A stretch of 10,937 nt of DNA. Origin: Octopus sinensis. Its lineage: Eukaryota. The DNA lies in contig NW_021827145.1 in the NCBI RefSeq assembly GCF_006345805.1, positions 1 through 10,937 of the forward strand. Direction: 5' to 3'. The position numbers and the translations under genes were made by a program. Positions 1-6,843 of this stretch are shown here, piece after piece (the first letter of the stretch is position 1; each line of letters starts with the position of its first letter). The notes beneath the pieces are model-generated. The model was not told the DNA's origin and did no database searches. It worked only from the letters and a program-made list of their open reading frames with translations.

Positions 1-110
1 TGCACGTGTCTGTGGAGTGCTCAGCCACTTACACGTTAATTTCACGAGCAGGCTGTTCCGTTGATTCGGATCAACCGGAACCCTCATCGTCGTAACCGAC
101 GGAGTGCTTC
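1..110 (+). mobile_element. 3' terminal part of a SINE-like interspersed repeat, cut by the window edge
   Basis: CACGTTAATTTCACGAGCAGGCTGTTCCGTTGAT..GGATCAAC.GGAACCCTC.TCGTCGTAACCGACGGAGTGC matches my recollection of a common octopus SINE tail. It contains a GC-rich stem-loop at 55-81. The head is not in the window, so the family call rests on recall only. Confidence 0.55.
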
Positions 111-468
111 CACATATTTTGTGTAAGACGCTTTCTATCTATATTCATTCAATACATACCGAAGGACTGAAGGAAATTTCTGCCGTGCTGCCATTCAACA
201 CAAGCAAAAGAACATAAGCTCGGAGTGAAATAACGAGAGGATCTAACGAACGGCTTATTTAAAGAATCCCCTGAAGAGGCACATTTTATACCTTGGATGA
301 ATGATAAACATTACACAGTGTCGAAACACTTGTAATGATTTTCAACTAAAGAATAGCGTTCATTCCATTTTTTATCATTTATATATTTATAAAAACTATA
401 CGGGTACTATGCAATTCCTATGTATTCCAGTAGCGGGAACATTTCCACTGATTGATGATATATATATA

Positions 469-668
469 TTCTTTTACTTGTTTCATTCATTGACTGCAGC
501 CATGCTGGAGCACCGCATTTAGTCAAACAATCGACCCTAGTACTTATTCTTCGTAAGCCTGCTACTTATTCTATCGGTCTCTTTTGCCGAACCTCAAATA
601 CACCAACATCGGTTGTTAAGTGATCGCGAGAGGGGGGACAAACGCAGACACACAAATGCACACACATC

Positions 669-702
<34 letters not shown>

Positions 703-933
703 TGTATGTATGTATGTATGTATGCATGCATGCATGTATGTATGTATGTATCTATCTATCTATCTATTTAGTAGGGGCTTCTTTCAGCTTCTATCTGCGA
801 AATCCAGTCACAAGGATTTGGTCGGCTCGAAGCTATAGTAGAAGATACTTGTCCAAAGTGCCACTCAGTGGGACTGAACCCAGAACCATGTAGTTGGGAA
901 GCAAGCTTCTTACCACTCAGCTACTCCAGCGCC
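469..933 (-). mobile_element. tRNA-derived SINE, family A, copy A1 (near full length)
   Basis: The minus strand starts GGCGCTGGAG-TAGCTGAGTGG (Pol III A box) and has GGTTCAGTCCC (B-box-like), then a CORE-like CACTTTGGACAAGTATCTT motif. An internal (TATG)n/(TATC)n tract follows, then a 3' body ending ...CAGCATGGCTGCAGTCAATGAATGAAACAAGTAAAAGAA. It is colinear with the copy at 3751-4105 on the opposite strand. Confidence 0.9.
666..770. repeat. Compound tetranucleotide microsatellite (TATG)n(CATG)3(TATG)n(TATC)n inside SINE A1
   Basis: Seen directly. It explains ORFs 620-838 and 678-893. Confidence 0.95.
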
Positions 934-1200
934 TATATATATATATATACATGCATATAATTATACACACGCGAACACACACAAAGATACGGAAAGAAGG
1001 AGAGAGATAGTGATAGAGAGACAGAGGGAGAGATAAAGAGGGAAAGAGAGAGATAAAGAGAGAGATAGAGAGGAAGAGAGCGAGGAGAGAGGGATATATA
1101 TATTATATAGATATATATATATATAATATATCTATATTATATATATACATATATATATATTATAGAGAGAGAGAGAGAGAGAAGGCGGGAGAGAGGAAGA
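934..1200. repeat. Compound (AT)n/(CA)n/(AG)n microsatellites
   Basis: Seen directly. Confidence 0.9.
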
Positions 1201-1659
1201 AATAAGGCAACAAGATATCTATCAGATAGGCAAGACCCAAGTTGGCGACATTAAATACAAATCCCGCGTTGAATATCGGAACGTCACGTGGCCCGTGATG
1301 GACGGTCGGTGGAAGATGCTCAAATTAGTTTAATCGCAAGAATTTAACGAAGCATGCAGTATAGAAATTTGGTAGAAATATTAATATATCATGGTATATT
1401 ACAATGGCTGGCACTCGGAGAGATGGGAGAAATAAAAGAATATGAAGAAAAGAAAATACAGAAACGAACGTTTAGAAATTGAAGAGAGCAAAAGAAATAC
1501 GAAGAGAAAATCTTGATTTCTATTGATGACTAAGATGGAAATCTAGCCATTCTTGAGAAGCTAATTGTTAAAACAGCCAGTGATTGATCAACCGCTTTAG
1601 CAGATCCTTGTTTTGATTCATAAGTTTATGTTTATCTCGTATAATTCTGTTGCAGGCGT

Positions 1660-1752
1660 TTAATAATAATAATATATAATAATAATAATAATAATATAAT
1701 AATAATAATAATAATAAATAATAATAATAATGAAATGATAATAATAATAATA

Positions 1753-1803
<51 letters not shown>

Positions 1804-1880
1804 TAAATAATAATAAAATAATAATAAATAATAATTAATAATAATATAATAATGATAATGATAATAATAATAATAATGAA

Positions 1881-1923
<43 letters not shown>

Positions 1924-2022
1924 TATAATGATAATAATAATAATAACTAATAATAATATAATAATAATAAAAATAATAATAAGAATAAAATAAATAATAA
2001 ATAATAATAATGATAATGATAA

Positions 2023-2055
<33 letters not shown>

Positions 2056-2155
2056 TAATACTAAAATAATAATAAATAATAATGCTAATAATAATAATAA
2101 TAATAATAATATAAATAATAATATAATATAATAAATTAATATAATAATAATATTT
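1660..2155. repeat. Imperfect (AAT)n microsatellite, about 500 bp
   Basis: Seen directly. It is the source of the poly-Ile/Leu/Tyr ORF 1660-2193. Confidence 0.97.
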
Positions 2156-2216
2156 ACTACATTAGGAATTTCATTTTCGTAAGTTTCGTCCACCTCTAAA
2201 TTATAGTTCCAAGATC

Positions 2217-2261
2217 TGTTTTTCTCTTGCTCTCTTTTTATCTCTCTCTTCTTCTCTCTTA

Positions 2262-2306
<45 letters not shown>

Positions 2307-2400
2307 ATCTACTTAACTATCCCTTAGACTATCAGTTTATATGTTTATCTCTCTCTCTTGCTCCTCTCTCTCCCTCTCTCTCTCGCTATCAATCAATCAA
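2217..2400. repeat. (CT)n polypyrimidine microsatellite with (TATC)/(ATCA) remnants
   Basis: Seen directly. Confidence 0.9.
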
Positions 2401-2455
2401 TACAACTATTTATCTATACGTTTTTATTAATATATGTTTATATACATGTATATTT

Positions 2456-2608
2456 TATACACACACACACACACACAAACACACGCACGCGCATATATAT
2501 ATATATATATATGTGTGTGTGTATGTGTGTGTGTGTGTGTGTTTTTCTGTTCTACCTTTGAATTATATATGTACACATACACACACACACACACACGCAC
2601 GCACGCGC

Positions 2609-2641
<33 letters not shown>

Positions 2642-2690
2642 GTTTGTGTGTGTGTGTGTGTATAATTCAAAGGTAGAACAGAAAAAACAC
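2456..2690. repeat. Fold-back inverted duplication built around (CA)n-(AT)n-(TG)n compound microsatellites
   Basis: The unique 26-mer TTTTTCTGTTCTACCTTTGAATTATA (2542-2567) is the exact reverse complement of 2661-2686. Also, 2456-2480 mirrors 2642-2664, and ACACGCACGCGC(AT)n(GT)n occurs twice as a direct repeat. Confidence 0.9.
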
Positions 2691-2971
2691 AACAAACGGA
2701 AATCGTGAAAGCATAACATGCGGGGAAAAGGACAACGGCAAACAGGATAGAACACGATGCACGGATCATTCGTTGCCGATTACCTCTTCAGCCGGAATCC
2801 GGAATGTCTACGTAGTTTCGCCCACTTATCTCCGATTCTATTCGAAATCGGCTGGGCCAGGGACTTAACTAAAAGCATTAAGCCTCTGGATAATGCAAAC
2901 GCATATACATATACGAGAACAAATAAATAAAGAACAGAAAGGGTCTTTCGACTATCGGACTAAAGTAACAT

Positions 2972-3681
2972 TATATATATATTTATCCGCTCAGTCGAAG
3001 TCGACTCTCGGTTACTCGGTCGATCAGTGTCCTCCAGCCTGTTCTATCCTGAGCCGCTTCTTTCAGATTGGCTATGTCCATTCCCGTATCACTCTTGATG
3101 GTGTCAAGCCAGCGGGTTCTTGGTCAGCCTCATCCTCTCTTGCCACTGACCATTCCGAGCATGATGTCCTTCTCCATGGATTTTCTCCGCATAATATGAA
3201 CAAAATATGTCAATCTATGCTTGGTGATCCTAGCTTCTAGCAACAGTTTCGGCTTGATCTGGTTAAGAACTTCTCCATTGGTGAGCCTCGCTGTCCATGT
3301 AATCCGTAAAAGTATTCTCCAACACCAAAGCTCGAATGCATTAATTCTCTTCTGGTCATCTTTCTTTAGTGTCCCGGTAGACAATTGCATTCACCAATCT
3401 GCATTTGGTAGCGAGTCTGATATCTCTACTCTTCCAGATCTTGCTCATGCTGACCATTGCCTCTCTGCCTAGTACTATCCACCGTCTTATTTCTGGAGTG
3501 CACTTACCATCTCGATTTATTTTGGAGCCAAGGAAGATGAAATCAACAACCACTTCGATCTCTTCATTATCGATCTTGATGCTAATGTTTGTTGTGGCTG
3601 CTGTTGACATGATCTTCGTTTTCTTGATATTGAGGTACAGCCCAAATTTCTCACTCTCTTTCTTGACTAGCAGGATAAGAT

Positions 3682-3682
<1 letters not shown>
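2972..3682 (-). mobile_element. 5'-truncated RTE-clade (BovB-like) LINE relic: end of the RT domain plus the C-terminus
   Basis: The minus strand reads NLILLVKKESEKFGLYLNIKKTKIMS...DFIFLGSKINRDGKCTPEIRRWIVLG...KSRDIRLATKCRLVNAIV, then a frameshift at about 3376-3379 where FPV.MYGCESW is missing. It continues TLKKDDQKRINAFELWCWRILLRITWTAR...MEKDIMLGMVSGKRG*G*PRTRWLD...DRTGWR...VTESRLRLSG* (TAA at 2983-2985), followed by an (AT)n tail. These are hallmark RTE/BovB motifs (GL.LN..KTKIM, FIFLGSKI, AFELWCWR). Confidence 0.95.
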
Positions 3683-3745
<63 letters not shown>

Positions 3746-3746
3746 T
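3683..3746. repeat. (CT)n(AT)n microsatellite between the RTE 5' truncation point and the SINE A2 head
   Basis: Seen directly. Confidence 0.95.
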
Positions 3747-3750
3747 CATA

Positions 3751-4105
3751 GGCGCAGGAGTGGTTGAGTGGCAAGGAATTTGTTGCCCAACTACTGGGTT
3801 CTTGTTTTGGTCCCATTGTGGGACACCTAGAGCAGGTATCTTGAGAGTTGATTTGATAAACGTAAACTGAAAGAAGCCCGCCGAAAAAAATATATATTGT
3901 GTGTGCTTTGTGTATGTGTTTGGCCCTACCACTGCTTCACTACCGGTGTTGGTGTGTTAACGTCCCCGTAACTTAGCGATAGAATAACAATCAGGCTTTA
4001 TAAAAATTAATACGTGACTGGGGTCGATAAGTTCGGCTAAAATTCGTCAAGCTGTCCCTCAGCATGGTCACAGTCTAATAACTGAATCAAGTGGACGATA
4101 AAAGA
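3751..4105 (+). mobile_element. tRNA-derived SINE, family A, copy A2 (older or more degraded, two internal deletions)
   Basis: GGCGCAGGAG-TGGTTGAGTGG (A box), a degenerate B box, AACTGAAAGAAGCCCG, a short AT/GT tract, CTGGGGTCGAT and CAGCATGGTCACAGTC...ACTGAATCAAGT. It aligns with the reverse complement of 469-933. Confidence 0.85.
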
Positions 4106-4117
4106 TAGACATTATAA

Positions 4118-4348
4118 GGCGGCGAGCTGGTAGAATCGTTAGCACGTCGGGCGAAATGCTTTGCGGTATTTCGTCTGCCGCTACGTTCTGAGTTCAAATT
4201 CCGCCGGGGTCGACTTTGCCTTTCATCCTTTCGAGGTCGATTAAATAAGTACCAGTTACGCACTGGGATCGATATAATCGACTTAATCCGTTTATCTGTC
4301 CTTTTTCGTCCCCTCTGCGTTTATCCCCTTGTGGACAATAAAGAAATA
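4118..4348 (+). mobile_element. tRNA-derived SINE, family B, left monomer (B1)
   Basis: GGCGGCGAGCTGGTAGAATCG head (A-box-like), GAGTTCAAATTCC B box (4190-4202), central GTCGACTTTGCCTTTCATCCTTTCGAGGTCGAT..AAGTACCAG domain and an A-rich end. It is homologous to 4357-4473 and to 9073-9283 (minus). Confidence 0.9.
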
Positions 4349-4354
4349 AAAATA

Positions 4355-4521
4355 GATATTTCGTCTGCCGTTACGTTATGAGTTCAAATTCGGCCGGGGT
4401 CGACTTTGCTTTTCATCCTTTTGGGGTTGATAAATTAATTACCAGTTGCATACTAGTGCCGATTTAATCGACTGGCCCTCTCCCCTAAAATTTCAGGCGT
4501 TGTACCTATAGTGGAAAGGAT
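4355..4521 (+). mobile_element. Family B SINE right monomer (B2): lacks the A box and has a different 3' tail
   Basis: 4357-4473 aligns without gaps to 4167-4283 (18 mismatches in 117 by my hand count, about 85%). It then continues CCCTCTCCCCTAAAATTTCAGGCGTTGTACC...GAAAGGAT, the tail type also seen in B3. Confidence 0.88.
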
Positions 4522-4695
4522 TGTACATATGTATATGCGTATATACATATACACACGCACGGACAACACACACAACACACACACACACACACCCACACAC
4601 ACACACACATGCATATATATGCACACATGTATATATATGTATATAAGCATGCTCATACATATGAGGGTGTGGATGTAAGTGCGTGTGCGCATGAC
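4522..4695. repeat. (TA)n/(CA)n/(TG)n compound microsatellites
   Basis: Seen directly. Confidence 0.85.
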
Positions 4696-4874
4696 ATAAT
4701 ATATTTAATTGTTTTAATATATTATTACTGGAGTATAAATTTCATACGGCTGGCTGGACAGGTTCTTAGAATTCCGTGTTCCAGTTGAATTAACAATTCA
4801 TGGGTGATTAGTTTTAAATTCATACTTATATTATTTTTTTACTCATATTTGTACTGTCGCTTATAAATTCTCTA

Positions 4875-5176
4875 TAGAGGAATCTCGCTTTACGAATTTA
4901 ATTTGTTCCTGAACGCCGTTCGCCAACCAAAATTTTCGCAAACCGAATCTATTTTTCCTATAGGAAATTCAAGAGAAAGAACCGATAATTCGACCAGGGA
5001 TGTACACTGAGTGAAAACTAGACACCAGCTGACACTCTCATACTGATACTCCCAGTTTGTCGTCAACCGTTGTTGCCCGCTTGCCTGTTCGTCACACGAG
5101 ACGTTTTTTGTTCGAAAATCTGTTCGTAAACGGATTTGTTCGTGATAAAAGGCGTTCGTAGGCTGCGCTTCCGCTG
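4875..5176. mobile_element. Decayed non-autonomous Tc1/mariner (pogo/Tigger-like) MITE, about 300 bp
   Basis: The left end TA|TAGAGGAATCTCGCTTTACGAAT and the right end GTTCGTAGGCTGCGCTTCCGCTG form a degenerate TIR pair (14/23 by hand). There are five subterminal GTTCG repeats at 5077-5160 and related motifs on the left. The TTTTTCC.ATAGGAAAT segment is typical of this MITE type (recall). The right TA target duplication is not preserved. Confidence 0.65.
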
Positions 5177-5686
5177 AATTTTTCTCTTTAGAATGAAGCA
5201 CAATTGATATTGGATGCTGTAGTCTATAATTCTTCCGTTTTGACAATTTGGAAGCGTTTTCAATCACAGTGCCATAATATATTTTCTTGACACGTATGGC
5301 CCGAAGGTGGGCCACTTGAATTTTTTAATGCCCAGTGCTATTGCTTGTGTATTCCTTTGTGGTAACGAGCAATGCATACGCTCTTCGTTTGAAAACAATG
5401 TTATCCCTGTTCTTTTATCATAAAACTTTTATAGGGTGTACTCTCAAACCTTTACTTATTTATTCAGTTTGTTGACAATCGAAGAAGACAAAAATGTTGT
5501 TTTAATGTATCGAAGGTCCTTTTTCTTTCTCAATTTAATGTCTCGATCTAAGACGGAGAATTCAATGTTATACAGAAAAAAGCTATATGTATATTTTGAA
5601 AGTACAGTACACCTGCACGTGTATTTCTATGCAGCAAAGTGTAATTAATTTCTTTGAATTAATCTCTTTGCCAAAAGATCCTACCA

Positions 5687-5770
5687 CAGAACGTAAGCGA
5701 GCAAGAAAAATGAAAAGATACAAAATCTATATTATGTATCTTTTCATTTGTCTTGCTCGGTTATGTTCTG
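5687..5770. other. 84-nt near-perfect inverted repeat or hairpin in unique sequence (candidate pri-miRNA or hairpin RNA)
   Basis: Arm 5687-5722 pairs with arm 5735-5770 at 33/36 Watson-Crick positions. On the plus strand there is one extra G-U wobble. The 12-nt loop can pair further (AAT/ATT). The confidence given is for the structure, not for function. Confidence 0.85.
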
Positions 5771-5871
5771 GCGTTTGCTGAATTTTCTTGAGACCATTCC
5801 TTTCTTAGTGGTAAGACCATAGCGGAACTTCTTCTAGCATAATGGATGTCCACTTACAGGTCATTCCTTTT

Positions 5872-5880
5872 ATATGTATG

Positions 5881-5936
<56 letters not shown>

Positions 5937-5990
5937 TGATAGATATATGAATGTATGTATTATGTGTGTGTGTGCATGTGTTTACACGCA
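5872..5990. repeat. (AT)n(AG)n(GT)n compound microsatellite
   Basis: Seen directly. Confidence 0.9.
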
Positions 5991-5991
5991 C

Positions 5992-6285
5992 GAACGAGCA
6001 TGGCCTAGTGGTCAGAGCGTCGTGGTGTAGTGAGTTCGATTCTCGGTGTAGGCTGTGTGCTGTGTTCTTGAGCAAGACACTTTATTTCACGTTGCTCCAG
6101 TTCACTCAGCTGTAGAAATGATTTGCAACGTCATTTGTGCCAAGCTGTATCGACCTTCGCCTTTTCCTTGGATAACATGTGTGGCATGGTCTTCCACAGA
6201 TAGCCTTGCCCTAACTTGTGCCTCGGAAGGGAACTTTCTAGGTGCAATCCCATGCTCATTCATAACCGAAGGGGGGGCGTTACCC
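5992..6285 (+). mobile_element. tRNA-derived SINE, family C
   Basis: A box TGGCCTAGTGG (6001-6011) and B box GAGTTCGATTC (6032-6042). Their spacing is shortened, consistent with a lost anticodon arm. Then come TGTGTTCTTGAGCAAGACACTT and CACTCAGCTGTAGAAATG central motifs, and a 3' end GGTGCAATCCCATG.TCATTCAT.ACCGAAGGGGG..TTACCC matching my recollection of an octopus SINE. Confidence 0.82.
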
Positions 6286-6289
6286 ATTA

Positions 6290-6625
6290 CTCTGTGCATA
6301 TATGAATATATAGTTTGTACACATACACACACACATGTATATATACAGACACGCACTCACATACAGAGGGTGAGAGAGAGGGACAGAAAGAGAGAGACAG
6401 TAAGGCATAGCGAGAGAGACAGCGAGACAAAGCGAAGAACAGAGGTTTAGAGCGAGAAGATAAAACAAGAAAACTGAAGAGAATTTCGGAAAAATGACGA
6501 GATATAGAATATAAAATAAGAGTTTATTGGTGAGTGAGGAAGAAAGACAAAGAGAAAGGAAGACATAGAGACAGGAAGAGGAAGAGTGTGAGGAAGAGGA
6601 AGAGAGAGAGACAAGTAAAGAGTGA
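6290..6625. repeat. (CA)n, (AG)n and purine-rich low-complexity sequence
   Basis: Seen directly. Confidence 0.75.
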
Positions 6626-6687
6626 GGGGGATAAAGAATGTTGCTCTATGTATGATTCATAGAAATGAAATATGCAAAACGGCTGGT

Positions 6688-6843
6688 AGTGGTGGCGGTG
6701 CTGGTGGCGATGAAATTTGTTGTGGTGGTGGTGATGCTGGTGGCGATGAAGTTTGTTGTGGTGGTGGCGATGCTGGTGGCGATGGAGTTTGTTGTGGTGA
6801 TGGCGATAGTGGTGGCGATCCTGGTAGCGATAGAGTTGGTTGT
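6688..6843. repeat. 36-bp minisatellite (3 copies plus a degenerate 4th), unit GGTGGTGGYGATGCTGGTGGCGATGRAGTTTGTTGT
   Basis: Units at 6688-6723, 6724-6759 and 6760-6795, decaying through about 6843. Confidence 0.9.

Noticed and set aside
1214-1333. CpG-rich patch with an E-box (GTCACGTGG, 1283-1291) and an open frame of about 40 codons (DIYQIGKTQVGDIKYKSRVEYRNVTWPVMDGRWKMLKLV*)
   Set aside because: A single hexamer is expected by chance. The peptide has no recognisable homology, and there is no convincing donor site or early start codon.
1640-2185. Splice-like TCTGTTGCAG (about 1655) and GTAAGT (about 2178) flanking the (AAT)n tract
   Set aside because: All three plus-strand frames hit TAA within about 15 codons of the acceptor, so it is not a coding exon.
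1660-2193. 177-aa hydrophobic, membrane-protein-like ORF on the minus strand
   Set aside because: It is a translation of (ATT)n, with a GTG start and no domain content.
2893-3767. Plus-strand ORFs 2893-3240, 3221-3472 and 3405-3767
   Set aside because: They are antisense shadows of the RTE coding sequence.
4527-4550. 10-bp-stem palindrome ATATGTATAT-GCGT-ATATACATAT
   Set aside because: It is made of self-complementary AT/GT microsatellite, which is expected in this context.
5176-5290. Strong-looking acceptor TTTTTCTCTTTAG (5190) followed by a 32-codon open frame
   Set aside because: The frame ends in TGA before any credible donor, and the peptide is unrecognisable. It cannot be supported without RNA data.
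5297-5314. GC-rich hairpin TGGCCC-GAAGGT-GGGCCA, considered as a Helitron 3' end
   Set aside because: There is no CTRR terminus at the expected distance on either strand, and a 6-bp stem is within chance.
4890-5315. 141-aa minus-strand ORF
   Set aside because: It runs across the MITE boundary with a GTG start and shows no transposase (DDE/HTH) or other motif.
5992-6050. tRNA-like A and B boxes (also at 870-933, 3751-3815 and 4118-4202) as possible tRNA genes
   Set aside because: None forms a complete cloverleaf, and each continues into a SINE body. They are SINE heads.
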